A model generated the notes under the pieces. The model was not told the origin of the DNA. It did not search any database and saw nothing but the letters and a program-made list of their open reading frames with translations. Below, one piece after another: positions 8,677 through 20,414 of a DNA stretch of 64,000 bases. Numbering within the stretch: the stretch's first letter is position 1; each line of letters starts with the position of its first letter. A program made the position numbers and the translations under genes. The DNA is from Nitrospirota bacterium (lineage in GTDB: Bacteria > Nitrospirota > UBA9217), in contig CAVTRN010000002.1 of the NCBI GenBank assembly GCA_963737155.1, forward strand, positions 384,001-448,000, written 5' to 3'.

Positions 8677-11673
8677 TCAATCTTTGTCAAGCATTTCCCT
8701 GACCTTGTTCAGCAGGTCCGAGGGATTCAATGGCTTCGGGAGGAACTCCGTACCAATCGGGATGCCCTTCTGTGCGAATACGTCTCCCGAATAGCCGCTC
8801 ATGAAAATACAGGGGATGTTTGGGTTGAGGGCGCTGATCGCCTGATACGCCTCCAAGCCGTTCATTTTAGGCATGATACCGTCAAGTATCAAGAGATTGA
8901 TTGCGGCACGGTTCTCATTGAACCGGGCAACCGTGCTGTTCCCGTCCTCCGCCTCGATCACCGTGTAGCCCATGTCCCGGAGAACGACCGACGTCAAATT
9001 GCGGAGATACACGTCGTCCTCAGCAAGCAGGATTGTTTCACTGCCGTCCTTGAGCGGGACAGCATACTGCTCCGCAGGTTCAGGCACGGCATTCGTTGTG
9101 CGGGCTAAGGGGAAATAAACGTGGAAAACGCTCCCGTTCCCCAGCTCGGAATAAACATTGACGAATCCATTGTGAGCTTTCACGATTCCATACACCGTGG
9201 CTAGTCCGAGACCGGTCCCTTTTCCCATTTCCTTAGTCGTGAAGAACGGTTCGAAGATTCTCTTCTTGGTCTCTTCGCTCATTCCAAGGCCAGTGTCCGA
9301 CACCGACAGCATGGCATACTCTCCCACCTTGCCGTAACCATGGGCCCGTATGAACGCTTCGTCAATGGCACTGACCCTCGTATCGATGGTCAATTTCCCC
9401 TTGTCCGGCATGGCATCACGCGCGTTCGTGACGAGATTCATGATCACCTGCTCAACTTGTCCTCGGTCCGCCATGATCATTGGCTGTTCGGCCGAGTACC
9501 GGATCTGCATTTCGATGTCTTCGCGTAACAGGCGGTGCAGGAATTTCTCGAAATTTCTGATCACGACGTTCAATTCGTGAAGCCCTATTTTCACAGGCTG
9601 CTTTCTGCTAAATGCAAGCAGGCTCTGCGTCAAAGCGGCTGCACGCTCAGAAGACTGTAGGATCTGGTCGATATAGTGCCTTACCGGATCGTCGTCCTGC
9701 AGTTTCATCAGGGAAAGGTGGACATAGCCAACAATTGCCGACAGGATGTTGTTGAAATCGTGCGCCACGCCGCCGGCAAGCTGGCCAATTGCCTCCATTT
9801 TCTGCGCTTGGCGGTACTGGTCTTCCAGTTTTTTCTTCTCGGTGATATCAACGCTGACCTCGATCGCGGAGGTCACATTGCCTGCTGAGTCCCGCATGGC
9901 ATACGACTTTGTATCAATGTAGAGGGGGTTTCCTGTTTCATCGTGATGTGTATGCAAAAAAGTAGACTGTTCTCCAGTTTCGAAGGTGCGCTTCACGGCA
10001 CACTGATTGCCGGCTTCAAAACATGGCGTCATGCTACGATGGAATACTTCATAGCAGTATCTGCCGATTGCATTTTCCATAGTCGTCCCAGCCGCATCGC
10101 AAAAAGCCTTGTTCGCAGTGATAATCCGGTAATCCCTGCCTACGACAACGATCCCCTCATCTACACTTTCAAGAACGCTCCTTATGAAGATTTCGTTCTG
10201 CTTTATCATCTCCTCTGTCTTTTTGCGTTCGGTAATGTCGTTGTGTATACCGACAAGGCCGACAACCTTACCCTCTTTGTTATTAATAGAATATGCCCGG
10301 AGATAAATATCCCTTTCTTTTCTCTCCTTATCTAACATTTTCACTTCGCCTACAAAAGAACCACCCTTCATAATTATGTCGAAAACCTTTCGTCCTACTT
10401 TTTCATCAGCGTATACGGTTGCAGGCGGCCCTGAACCGCCATCTACTTCACTAACAGATAATCCAAACAACTTGGTGTAAGCTTCATTTTGATAATAATG
10501 CCTTCCAGCAGGTGTAGACATACCAATCGCATCTGTGGAACTACCCACAGCCATTTGGAAATAAAGAAGCGCTTCTTCCGCCCGCTTGCGATCTGTGATG
10601 TCGCGCATAAAACAAAAAAACTTTGCAGGTTTCTCTGATAGATAATTAACACTGGCTTCAATATCGATAACTCTGCCATCTTTGCGCTTATGTTTGGTCT
10701 CGAAGCGGGCGTAACCGATCCCTAAAATTAGTTGAAGTCGCTTTTCAATTAATTCTTGCGTATCTAGTACTTCAACGTCTTTTACGCTCATTTTAAGAAG
10801 TTCCTCGTTGCTATAACCTATCATCGAGCAATAAGAATCATTAGTTTCTAATATTCTACCTTCCATATCGACAAGATAAAAACCATCCATTGCCATGCGA
10901 AGAATTGTCTTAATCCGATTTTCCTCTCGCTTCTGCGCAGTGATGTCTTCAGCAGTTGAAAAAAGCCTGTCACCCTCCGTTGTTTTGATAATCTCTCCCG
11001 CAAATCTGCAGATTACTCTCGTCTGGTACTTGCTTCGAAGAGATAGTTCCAGACCAATGACCCGTCCATTCTGTTTCAGTCCATGCATCAAACGAGCGTG
11101 CTCTAGCCCGCTGATCCATCCCAGCTCGACGGCTGTCTTGCCGACTGCATCCTCCCTACTAAATCCGGATACCGTGCTGAAACTGTCATTTACGTCGAGA
11201 TATTTCCCAGTTGTCATATCGCTGATCGTCATCAATAGAGGACTTTTGTTGAACGCGCTGGATAAAAGAGACTTGCTTATTTGTAGTTCTATTTCCGACC
11301 GCTTGCGCTCGGTGATGTCGCGAATAACACTGCAGCAGTATTTGCGGCCCTCAATTACGATTAGTTTGACCTGTGTCTCCGTAGAGAAAACCGACCTGTC
11401 TTTTCGCATATGAGTGGATTCGAAACGCAGTTCTCCCGTTTTTAATAACTCACTTATTCTATGAGAGAAGAGCATGTTCTGCTCAGGAATTATAATTTTC
11501 GATAACTTCATCCCGATCATTTCTTCCCTCGTATACCCTCGGGATTCATAAGCCGACTTGTTGGCAAAGATTATATTGCCATCTAGATCGTGAATTAGGA
11601 CCGAATCAGCAGACAAGTCTAAAATAAAGGATTGTCGTTGCAAAGAAGCTAATGTTAAGTTTTCTGGGAACAT
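8677..11673 (-). CDS. Multi-PAS hybrid histidine kinase (5 PAS-HisKA-HATPase-REC)
   Basis: Repeated DITERK-type linkers, H-box [25 protein letters not shown]-terminal REC. Confidence 0.95.
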   Translation of the reverse strand: MFPENLTLASLQRQSFILDLSADSVLIHDLDGNIIFANKSAYESRGYTREEMIGMKLSKIIIPEQNMLFSHRISELLKTGELRFESTHMRKDRSVFSTETQVKLIVIEGRKYCCSVIRDITERKRSEIELQISKSLLSSAFNKSPLLMTISDMTTGKYLDVNDSFSTVSGFSREDAVGKTAVELGWISGLEHARLMHGLKQNGRVIGLELSLRSKYQTRVICRFAGEIIKTTEGDRLFSTAEDITAQKREENRIKTILRMAMDGFYLVDMEGRILETNDSYCSMIGYSNEELLKMSVKDVEVLDTQELIEKRLQLILGIGYARFETKHKRKDGRVIDIEASVNYLSEKPAKFFCFMRDITDRKRAEEALLYFQMAVGSSTDAIGMSTPAGRHYYQNEAYTKLFGLSVSEVDGGSGPPATVYADEKVGRKVFDIIMKGGSFVGEVKMLDKERKERDIYLRAYSINNKEGKVVGLVGIHNDITERKKTEEMIKQNEIFIRSVLESVDEGIVVVGRDYRIITANKAFCDAAGTTMENAIGRYCYEVFHRSMTPCFEAGNQCAVKRTFETGEQSTFLHTHHDETGNPLYIDTKSYAMRDSAGNVTSAIEVSVDITEKKKLEDQYRQAQKMEAIGQLAGGVAHDFNNILSAIVGYVHLSLMKLQDDDPVRHYIDQILQSSERAAALTQSLLAFSRKQPVKIGLHELNVVIRNFEKFLHRLLREDIEMQIRYSAEQPMIMADRGQVEQVIMNLVTNARDAMPDKGKLTIDTRVSAIDEAFIRAHGYGKVGEYAMLSVSDTGLGMSEETKKRIFEPFFTTKEMGKGTGLGLATVYGIVKAHNGFVNVYSELGNGSVFHVYFPLARTTNAVPEPAEQYAVPLKDGSETILLAEDDVYLRNLTSVVLRDMGYTVIEAEDGNSTVARFNENRAAINLLILDGIMPKMNGLEAYQAISALNPNIPCIFMSGYSGDVFAQKGIPIGTEFLPKPLNPSDLLNKVREMLDKD

Positions 11674-12126
11674 AAAAAAGTATCCTCGAATAGCCTAGAA
11701 ATAAAGCTAAAAATATTGGTATATTATTACAAAGAAGCCTCGGCAAGTCAAGGATTTGCTGGACGTGTTTTACGGAAATATATTATACAGCGAGGTGGTT
11801 TTGTTTTAGAGCATACGGTAATAAATTTCGGAATGAAGTATTGGGTGTTATTGCGATTGGAAACTACAAAGCTTCGGGAAGTTCTTGTTGCCAGAAAAAC
11901 CATATCATAATATCCATAATTCAACCAAAATCATTCACCTTCCTAATAAATCTGGCCATCCGACCTGCACCTACGAGGTTGGGATGTCATTACTGCGACA
12001 AGGGCGAAGAAAACTGATTATAACATTCACACGAATGACGAAGTGATATCCTCGGATATTTTCATGCCCTTACGCGCCGCGGGTTATGACTCCAGCACCG
12101 AACTACTCGCTATGTCTAGCATCACG

Positions 12127-12879
12127 CTATTCGTCTCGGCCGGGTTGGTCGAGAGGGACGCAGCTCTGCTTTGCTTCATTGATAAAAGTCTGCAGATCGT
12201 TTATCTTCTGTAAATCCATCTCCAAAAATTTAATCGCTATTTTAATGTTTTCCGAATTGGGAAAGGCCTCTGCCGCCTGTATTCTAATCACAAAGCCAGC
12301 GATTCCTCTGACGTGTTTTATCCCGGTCTTCTCCAAGTCTATGCTTGCTTTATCTAGAATCTGAGGGATGCCAGAGTTTTTTGAAAATATGGCTAGTAGA
12401 CCACCGCCACTGATGTCCAACAATTTGCCGTTGATCGACTGTTCCCCGTAATTTAGTACGATACCATCATCCACGTTTACTCGTTCATATTTTCTTCGAC
12501 TGAAGCGGTCGTCCACCTCCATCATTTTCAGGAGAAGTTTATCGATGGTGAATGGTTTCACCAGGTAACCGTCTACCCCCATCTGCAGTGCCTGAAGCAC
12601 GCTTCCCCGATCTGTTCTGGCGGTTATCATGATGAACTTGATGTCCTTTAAGGTGTTGCGGCCCCGGACCCATCTCAGCAATTCATCTCCTGTCATAACA
12701 GGCATTTCCCAATCGCTCAGAATGAGGTCGAACAGCTCTAATTCAAGCTTTGCCTTGGCCTCCTTTCCGTTATTCACCTCAATTACTTGAATATCCTTAT
12801 GGTTTTCTTCAAGACCAGATTTAATGAAATGTCTGGCAACGCGCATGTCCTCGACAACCAGAATTTTGAGCTTATTCAT
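12127..12879 (-). CDS. Response regulator with C-terminal PilZ domain
   Basis: REC (LILSDWEMP, YLVKPF) plus RRKYER (RxxxR) and DISGGG (DxSxxG). Confidence 0.88.
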   Translation of the reverse strand: MNKLKILVVEDMRVARHFIKSGLEENHKDIQVIEVNNGKEAKAKLELELFDLILSDWEMPVMTGDELLRWVRGRNTLKDIKFIMITARTDRGSVLQALQMGVDGYLVKPFTIDKLLLKMMEVDDRFSRRKYERVNVDDGIVLNYGEQSINGKLLDISGGGLLAIFSKNSGIPQILDKASIDLEKTGIKHVRGIAGFVIRIQAAEAFPNSENIKIAIKFLEMDLQKINDLQTFINEAKQSCVPLDQPGRDE

Positions 12880-13508
12880 TCTTCAATCCTTTCACAGAAA
12901 ATAAATACGTTTCGTAGTAATCATCTGAGCATAGCGGCTACAGAAGAATATCTGTCAGAACCGAAATTGTTTTAAGGAAGGCGAGATTGGGTATGATCAT
13001 TTATTATTCTTAACCTTGGCGATAGTAGCAATGAATTACGACACCATTCAAAAGTATCAATGAAGAAATCAGCATAAAACATGAAGTCAAGAGTCCAGGT
13101 CTCTTTAGAGTATTAATCGGCTTTTCCTCAGAAGGTTAATTGCAAAACCAAGTACCCGCTTACATTGAACCGTAAACAGGTCAAAGGTCACCTGCCAGCT
13201 GCAACGTTAATAGGGCCATCTGTCTTTTTCCATGAGTTCTACACGGACCATATACTCCTACGCTGCCTTTGTGACTTTGATGACTTCGTCGGTCTAATCT
13301 TGGGCTTCCTCTTCCTGGACGGTTGGCTTTAAAGAAAAAACAGGATGAAAGGTGTACAAATCTAACACAGTGAATGAGGGATGTAAAATGGTATTTGAAA
13401 CGTAGGTGATTACGATTTGAGGGTGGCTTAGAGTGCGAGTTATTGCATCTTCTTTCCCATCTGGCCAATGACCCGGGCAGGACGCTTGATCACAACTCGA
13501 AAAGTCGT

Positions 13509-14238
13509 TCATAATTTATTGAGCACATTGCACATCGCATGTAAATCATAGGGTTTCGCTATTGCGTTCACAAAACCATGAGTCCGAAAATCCTTCAATA
13601 TGGGGTCTTCAGAATAACCGCTTGAAACGATCCCTTTTACATCCGGATTGATCTTCAGATGCTTCCTCATCGTTGTTTCTCCCCCCATGCCTCCCGGCAC
13701 AACCAAATCGAGGATAACGGTATCAAAGCACCGGCCCGTTGCCATTGCCTGCCTGTATAAGGTAACCGCTTCCTCGCCGTTTTCCGCAGTCACAACGTCG
13801 ACCCCCAGATGCTTCAGCATTTCCGTTGCGACGCTCCTTATCCGTGCATCATCGTCCATAAGCGGCAATGTTTTTACTTTCGTTCCTGAAGACGAAGGAA
13901 TGCGGAACCCTGCTTTAACGTACCGGCCGCCCGCTCCAGGAAGGTAAATGGTCGCGGTTGTCCCTTTGCCAGGTTGTGACTCGATGGTTATTGACCCATC
14001 ATGTTTGCGGACAATGGAATAACAAATGGATAAACCAAGCCCAATACCTTTATTGCTTCCCATGTCCTTTGTCGTGAAATAAGGGTCAAAAATTTTCGAG
14101 AGGTGCTCTTTGGGAATTCCCGCACCTTGATCGATTATTGACATCTTCACGTATGTGCCGGATTTTAATGATAGTGCTTCCTCACCGGTCAGCGCGATAC
14201 TTTCCCCCGTGATTCGCAGCAGTCCTCCTGACGGCATA
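13509..14238 (-). pseudogene. 3' remnant of hybrid histidine kinase (HATPase + REC only)
   Basis: MPSGG..IFDPYFTTK..GLGLSICYSI + REC; no H-box or sensor upstream. Confidence 0.75.
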
Positions 14239-14703
14239 GGGAGATACACTACTTCATGATATTGGGAAAAAGCCTTGCACGATTGCAAGGCCTTTTCTTT
14301 TCGGAGGGCCCTGTATTGTCAAAAACCTAGAGTCGGGAGACTTTACCCTTCATCCCTAACAAAGATTACTGCATCCGCCCTCCAGACAGATGCCTCTACC
14401 GAAACAGCCGCATCGTCAGGGTTGTATGAAATAATAAGCTGGTTTATCAGGCCTAGAAATTATATTTTGCTAAAGTTTATTTGTTTTCTACCGATAAAAT
14501 ACGTAGAAACTCAAGATGTTGACGAACAACAGCGAACGGTCGTGTCATATATTTAGACGATACTATTTATGGCATGCCTCAAATCAGGTTTGGCGTCAGG
14601 TTAAGAATACCGCACTCATCTTTAATCCGGCCGGCGTGGTCAAGGGGCCGGTCCGTGCCGTTGGTGTCCCGCTTTTTATTTGCTTCGCCGAAGGGAATAT
14701 AAC

Positions 14704-17700
14704 ATGAGCATGAGCAGTCTAAAAAGCAAAATGGTCTTCACGATCACGCTGTTGACCGCGGGCATCCTGTTCTCCGCTGCTATTCTCGCCTTCACATATT
14801 TTAAAAATCAATTCAAATACCTGATCTCCGACGAGCAGTTTAGTCTCCTTGCCGCCCAGGCACACGACGTAGACAACAAGATTGAAAATTCCCAGGCCAT
14901 GCTCGTTGCCGTTTCCAAAGTCATGCCGCTCAATGCGATGAGAAGCGGTGACAGGGCTCAACAGTGGCTTACCGACAGAACGGGAATCCGATCGATTTTT
15001 GACAATGGATTATTTATTTTTTCCAAGCAAGGCCTTCTGATCGCCGAATCGCCGTTGCTTCCCGGCTACCGGAGCATAGATTTCTCACACGCTGAATATA
15101 TCAGGGAAACCCTGTCGACCGGGAAGCCGGTGATTTCGCTGTCTCATTTATCACGTACAGCGCATCATCACCCGATCATAGCTATGACTGCGCCCGTCCT
15201 GGACAAACACGGAGCGGTGGCTGGGACCCTTGTGGGAATCTTCGACTTGACGAGGGAAAATTTCTTTAGCAATATCGGTCGGATCGAGATCGGCAAGGCC
15301 GGACATGTCTATCTCTTAAGCCAGGACGGTACGATCATCGTTCCTCCAGACGAGAACAGTGTCCAGAAACTCGACCTTCCCGTCGGGGCGAATATGCAGT
15401 TCGTTATGGCAGCGGCCGGTGCCGCGGGGACGGAGGAAATGGTGACGTCCCGGGGAACGCATGTTCTCATGTCGTTCAAACAATTGGGGTCAAAAAACTG
15501 GAGACTTGCCGCATTTTATCCAATGGACAAAGCGTATGCGCCGATCAGCGACGCGAAGCGGTATTTTCTGCTTGTCCTGGTGGTGGCGGTCGCTTTTGCC
15601 CTCATCACTGTTTGGCTGACCATGAGCCGTCTTACAGCGCCGCTCCTTGCCTTTGCAGAACATGTGGAAGGGCTGCCAACAAAGTCGGGTGCAGAAAGAA
15701 TGTTCCTACTCGACAGTGGTGACGAAATCCGGAAGCTTGCTCTTGCCTTCAACGGCATGATCGACAAACTGGACTGCCAGCATGAAGCGCTCAGTGCGAG
15801 CGAGGAGCGTCATCGCATGTTCATCGAAACGAGCCTCGACGGCGTCTATTTTGCTGACAAGGAGGGCGTCTTCCGGCGGATGAATCAGGCGGGTGCGGCT
15901 CTTCTCGGGCACTTATCGCCGGATCAGGTGATCGGCAAACCCGTCAACGACTATTGGGTCGACCCGGCGGAAAGGGTCGTTTTTGTTGCCGAGCTCAGGA
16001 AAAGTAAATCCGTCAAATCGTACCTCCTGCGCGGACGACGGGTGGATGGAACGGAGATATTCCTCGAGGCCAGCAGCAGGCTGCTCGAAGATGAGCATGG
16101 AGATTTCATCGGCATCGAGGGGACCCTTCGGGATTGTACCGACCGGGTCCGAGCGGAACGACGGCTTGAAGAGAAGAACGGCGAACTCCAGTCAGCATAC
16201 AAGGAGCTGACGGCTTCCAAGGAAGAACTGAGGAAACTCTTCGAAAAGGTTGCCTCTGCAAAGAGTGATTGGGAAAACACCATCGATGCAACGCGCGACA
16301 TACTCGTGCTGCTGGATGATCAGGGGAAAATCAAACGATGCAACCGGACCTTCCGGGACCTTATCGGAATAACCTACGATGGGTTGCTCGGTCAATCCTG
16401 GAGCCAGATTACCGCGGTCCATGGCCTGACCGATAAAACCGCACACGGAGAAACGGCCGAGATATTTCATAAGGTTAGCAACAGGTGGTTTCAATCAGCT
16501 GCTTATCGGTTCAGGGACGCAACCAACCGTGAAAAGACGGTTATCGCAATTCATGACATAACAGCAGTGAAGAACATGGCCCTGGTCCTTGAACGGTCCA
16601 ATGCGGAGATCGACAGCGGCAGGTCCAGGCTACAGCGGGCACTGGAACAGTTATCCAGTTTGATCCAGGAAGTGACGCAGAAAAAGGATTTCAGCGTCAG
16701 GTTCTCGAACCCGCATCTGCGAAATTGCCGCGAGGTCAAGGACTGCACGAAACAGGACTGTCCCTGCTATGACGGCGCCGATAGACGCTGTTGGCAGATA
16801 GCAGGAACCTTTTGCGGGGGAAAAGTGCAGGGCGTCTTTGCGGAAAAGTTCAAGAATTGCTCCGAGTGCACCACGTTCAAGCATGCAACATCCGACCCGA
16901 TCTATCAGATCGGCGAGAACTTCAACAATATGATGCACATTCTGGATCTTCAGCACCACGACCTGGAGCAGGCTTACCATGAACTCCAGGAAGCGCAGGC
17001 CCATCTTGTGCAGCAGGAAAAGATGGCATCTATCGGCCAGCTTGCCGCCGGCGTTGCTCATGAGATCAACAATCCCACGGGTTTCATCATGAGCAACCTG
17101 GGATCTCTCCGGAAATATGTGGATAGGCTGACCCAATTCATCGCAGAACAGGACCGCGCGATCGGGGAATTGCCCGAGATTCGGATCGGAGAAATTGCGA
17201 AGCAGCGGAAAGCCCTGAAGGTAGATTTCATCACCGATGACCTCCGGAACCTGATAAGCGAGTCCCTGGACGGCGCGGAGAGGATCAAGAAGATCGTCCA
17301 GGACCTGAAAGGCTTCTCGCGGCTGGACGAGGCCGAACTGAAACTAGCCGACATCAACGCGGGCCTGGAGAGCACGATCAACATCGTCTGGAACGAGCTG
17401 AAATACAAGGCCGAGGTGAAGAAGGATTACGGCGACCTCCCGCAGACACAATGCAACCCGGGGCAATTGAACCAGGTATTCATGAACCTGCTGGTGAACG
17501 CGGCGCATGCCATCGAGAATCGTGGGGAGATCGGTATCAGGACCTGGGCCGACGACGGCGCCATCAACGTTTCGATCTCGGACACGGGCTGCGGGATCCC
17601 CGAAGACAACATAAAGCGGATATTCGAGCCTTTTTTCACCACGAAAGAAGTGGGCAAAGGTACCGGGCTCGGCCTGAGCATTGCTTATGACATCGTAAAA

Positions 17701-17784
17701 AAACACAACGGCTCTATTGATGTGCAAAGCGTAATCGGGAAAGGCACCACCTTCACGATTACGATGCCGGTGGTTGCGGGTTGA
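14704..17784 (+). CDS. Sensor histidine kinase: TM-dCache-TM-HAMP-PAS-PAS-Cys-rich (two-CW-like) domain-HisKA-HATPase
   Basis: Two TM segments, HAMP (DEIRKLALAFNGM), PAS linkers, CREVKDC..CPC..CWQIAGTFC..CSEC, H-box AHEINNP. Confidence 0.93.
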   Translation: MSMSSLKSKMVFTITLLTAGILFSAAILAFTYFKNQFKYLISDEQFSLLAAQAHDVDNKIENSQAMLVAVSKVMPLNAMRSGDRAQQWLTDRTGIRSIFDNGLFIFSKQGLLIAESPLLPGYRSIDFSHAEYIRETLSTGKPVISLSHLSRTAHHHPIIAMTAPVLDKHGAVAGTLVGIFDLTRENFFSNIGRIEIGKAGHVYLLSQDGTIIVPPDENSVQKLDLPVGANMQFVMAAAGAAGTEEMVTSRGTHVLMSFKQLGSKNWRLAAFYPMDKAYAPISDAKRYFLLVLVVAVAFALITVWLTMSRLTAPLLAFAEHVEGLPTKSGAERMFLLDSGDEIRKLALAFNGMIDKLDCQHEALSASEERHRMFIETSLDGVYFADKEGVFRRMNQAGAALLGHLSPDQVIGKPVNDYWVDPAERVVFVAELRKSKSVKSYLLRGRRVDGTEIFLEASSRLLEDEHGDFIGIEGTLRDCTDRVRAERRLEEKNGELQSAYKELTASKEELRKLFEKVASAKSDWENTIDATRDILVLLDDQGKIKRCNRTFRDLIGITYDGLLGQSWSQITAVHGLTDKTAHGETAEIFHKVSNRWFQSAAYRFRDATNREKTVIAIHDITAVKNMALVLERSNAEIDSGRSRLQRALEQLSSLIQEVTQKKDFSVRFSNPHLRNCREVKDCTKQDCPCYDGADRRCWQIAGTFCGGKVQGVFAEKFKNCSECTTFKHATSDPIYQIGENFNNMMHILDLQHHDLEQAYHELQEAQAHLVQQEKMASIGQLAAGVAHEINNPTGFIMSNLGSLRKYVDRLTQFIAEQDRAIGELPEIRIGEIAKQRKALKVDFITDDLRNLISESLDGAERIKKIVQDLKGFSRLDEAELKLADINAGLESTINIVWNELKYKAEVKKDYGDLPQTQCNPGQLNQVFMNLLVNAAHAIENRGEIGIRTWADDGAINVSISDTGCGIPEDNIKRIFEPFFTTKEVGKGTGLGLSIAYDIVKKHNGSIDVQSVIGKGTTFTITMPVVAG

Positions 17785-17786
17785 TT

Positions 17787-18731
17787 ATGAACACCAGAAT
17801 ATTGTTCGTTGACGACGAGATCCATATCCTTCAGTCCGTAAAGAGGCTTTTTATGGAAGAGGACCTGTCCGTCCTCACCGCCGAAAGCGGTCAGGCTGCG
17901 CTCGAAATCATGAACAATGATCCAGTCGCCGTGATCGTTTCGGACAACAGGATGCCGCGCATGAGCGGCATTGAATTCCTCGAGCGTTCACGGCAGCTTG
18001 CGCCTCACAGCATTCGCATCATGATGACTGGCCATGCCGATCTGCAGGCCGCCATTCATGCTATCAACAGAAGCGGCGTATCCCACTTTATCACCAAGCC
18101 CTGGGATGACCGAGAGCTGAAAGAAGCGGTAGTGGGGGCAGTGGAGCGCTTCAATATGGTCGAGTCAATGAAATCGGCAGACGAGGCGACCCTGCTGTCG
18201 CTTGCCCAGACCATCGAGCTTAAGGACCCCTACACGCGGGGGCATTGCGACCGCGTCGCGCAATATGCCATTCGTACCGCTGAACGCCTCGGACTCTCTG
18301 AGGGCGATACAAAGCATATTAGGCAGGGGTGCTGGCTTCACGATTGCGGCAAGATCGGCGTACCCGAAGCAATTCTCGGCTTCAATGGTCCGCTGTCCCC
18401 TGATCAGATGGACGTCGTAAAAAACCATCCGCGGTGGGGCGCGGAGGTCGCACGGATTGCTAACCTTCCCGAGGCCGTGATTTCCATCATCTTGCATCAT
18501 CACGAACGGTTCGACGGGGCGGGCTACCCTGTCGGCCTCAAAGGGAAGGAGATCCCTTACCTGGCGCGGCTCGTAGCCATCGCGGACTTTTACGATGCAC
18601 TGGTCTCGGATCGGCCGTACCGCAAGGCCATGCCCCACGAGCAGGCGATCGAACTACTCGATCGCGCACGGGAAACCTTTTTTGATCCGGAGATTCTGGA
18701 TGTGTTCATTTCGACATTAAGGGAGAACTGA
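17787..18731 (+). CDS. REC-HD-GYP response regulator (c-di-GMP phosphodiesterase)
   Basis: REC + ELKDPYTRGH, HDCGK, HHERFDGAGYP, DRPYR. Confidence 0.93.
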   Translation: MNTRILFVDDEIHILQSVKRLFMEEDLSVLTAESGQAALEIMNNDPVAVIVSDNRMPRMSGIEFLERSRQLAPHSIRIMMTGHADLQAAIHAINRSGVSHFITKPWDDRELKEAVVGAVERFNMVESMKSADEATLLSLAQTIELKDPYTRGHCDRVAQYAIRTAERLGLSEGDTKHIRQGCWLHDCGKIGVPEAILGFNGPLSPDQMDVVKNHPRWGAEVARIANLPEAVISIILHHHERFDGAGYPVGLKGKEIPYLARLVAIADFYDALVSDRPYRKAMPHEQAIELLDRARETFFDPEILDVFISTLREN

Positions 18732-18732
18732 C

Positions 18733-20079
18733 ATGGAGCAAAATGGTGATACTGATATGCCGAACATCCTCTTTGTTGACGATGAGGAGAATGTGCTCAA
18801 GTCGCTAAAGCGAGTCTTCATGGATGAGCCCTATGGCCTGGTGACTGCATTATCAGGTAAGGAGGCCCTTGAAATTCTCGGCAAAATAAATTTCGCTGTC
18901 ATCGTCTCGGACCAGCGCATGCCCGGGATGAGCGGCTCGGAGTTCCTCGGCAAGGCGAGGACGATCCAGCCGGACGCTTTGAGGGTCGTGCTGACAGGGT
19001 ACGCCGATGTGCAGGCTGCCGTCAACGCAATCAATGAGGGAGGCGCATATCGGTACATTGCCAAGCCCTGGAATGATACGGACCTCATGCTAGTGATCCG
19101 CGACGCGGTTGCGACGTACGGTCTCAAGGAGGAAAACGCTCGGCTCACAACGCTCACGAAAAAACAAAATGATGAGTTGAAAAAATGGAATACCGAGCTC
19201 GAAGTACTGGTTCAAGAGCAGACCATTGACATTCAGAATAAGAACAAGGAGTTGGAAAAACTCAACGAGCAACTCCGAAAAAATTTCAGGAAGTCCATCG
19301 AGGCATTCTCCGGACTTATCGAGATGCGCGAGAAGTCCGTGTCGAGCCATTCGAAGAATGTTGCCTCTCTTTCTCGCCAGATCGCGGCGAACATGAACCT
19401 GCCGAACCAGGAGACAAGCAATATCCTCGTGGCGGCGCTGCTCCACGACATCGGGAAGATCGGTATTACCGATGCTGTCCTGATGAAGCGGCCCGATGAT
19501 ATGACCAGTGAGGAACTCGAGGAGTACCGGAAACACGCCGTGCGGGGGCAGGTGGCGGTCGATGCGATTGACGGGTTCAGCGATATAGGCCTGCTGATCA
19601 GGCACCACCATGAGCACATAGACGGATCCGGCCATCCCGATGGGCTGACAGGCTCATCGATTCCGATTGGAAGCCGCATTATCGCGATCGCCGATGTCTT
19701 TGACCGCATGACAAACATCGGCAAGCCTTCTGCAGAGGGATTACTGAAAGCGCTGAGGAACATCGAATATTATTTGGAAACTCATTTTGACCGATCGATA
19801 TACCAGCATCTCTCGCATATTGTCGAGAAGAAGATCGAGGATCTGGAAAAACAGGGCGATGTACGCTTGGAGGAAGTCGAAATACTGCCCCATCATTTAA
19901 CCGCGGGCATGGTGCTGACGCGGGATGTGAGAAGCGGAAGCGGGCTTCTCATTCTGGCGCGAGGCACTCTCCTAGATCCTACGCTTATCGGAGCGCTTCA
20001 ACGGTACCATCAGATGGATCCTTCCCGGGTGGGGATCTTTGTGAAAAAAGTGGAAATTCGGCGGAAAGTTCCAGCTTGA
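18733..20079 (+). CDS. REC-HD-GYP-like response regulator (variant motifs)
   Basis: REC, coiled coil, HDIGK, HHEHIDGSGHP, C-terminal LTAGMVLTRDV tail. Confidence 0.88.
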   Translation: MEQNGDTDMPNILFVDDEENVLKSLKRVFMDEPYGLVTALSGKEALEILGKINFAVIVSDQRMPGMSGSEFLGKARTIQPDALRVVLTGYADVQAAVNAINEGGAYRYIAKPWNDTDLMLVIRDAVATYGLKEENARLTTLTKKQNDELKKWNTELEVLVQEQTIDIQNKNKELEKLNEQLRKNFRKSIEAFSGLIEMREKSVSSHSKNVASLSRQIAANMNLPNQETSNILVAALLHDIGKIGITDAVLMKRPDDMTSEELEEYRKHAVRGQVAVDAIDGFSDIGLLIRHHHEHIDGSGHPDGLTGSSIPIGSRIIAIADVFDRMTNIGKPSAEGLLKALRNIEYYLETHFDRSIYQHLSHIVEKKIEDLEKQGDVRLEEVEILPHHLTAGMVLTRDVRSGSGLLILARGTLLDPTLIGALQRYHQMDPSRVGIFVKKVEIRRKVPA

Positions 20080-20116
20080 ACCTTATGGGGAACTTTCCCG
20101 GATATCAGCCCGAATA

Positions 20117-20225
20117 ATGCCAGAGGGGATAAACATACTGTGCGTCGATGATGAGCCGAATGTCCTGAGTTCCGCGCGATGGGCGCTGGTTGATAATGGC
20201 TGGCAGATCCACACGGCTGGCTCGG
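20117..20225 (+). pseudogene. Response regulator 5' fragment
   Basis: INILCVDDEPNVLSS..WQIHTAGS then similarity is lost. Confidence 0.6.
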
Positions 20226-20414
20226 TTGGTGTTCAACCGCGACTAAGAGAGGCGCAGAACAATCTGTTGCTCCATCCCTACTCATCCGGCACCTCTTTTT
20301 GTACCAAGGGTGTCCTCGGTCCCGGTTCTCCGGGTCACACTTACAAGTGTGGAATTTGAATAGAGCGAAACAATTTAGCAAATTCCGGTTGAAAACAGGT
20401 AAATCGTATTTATA

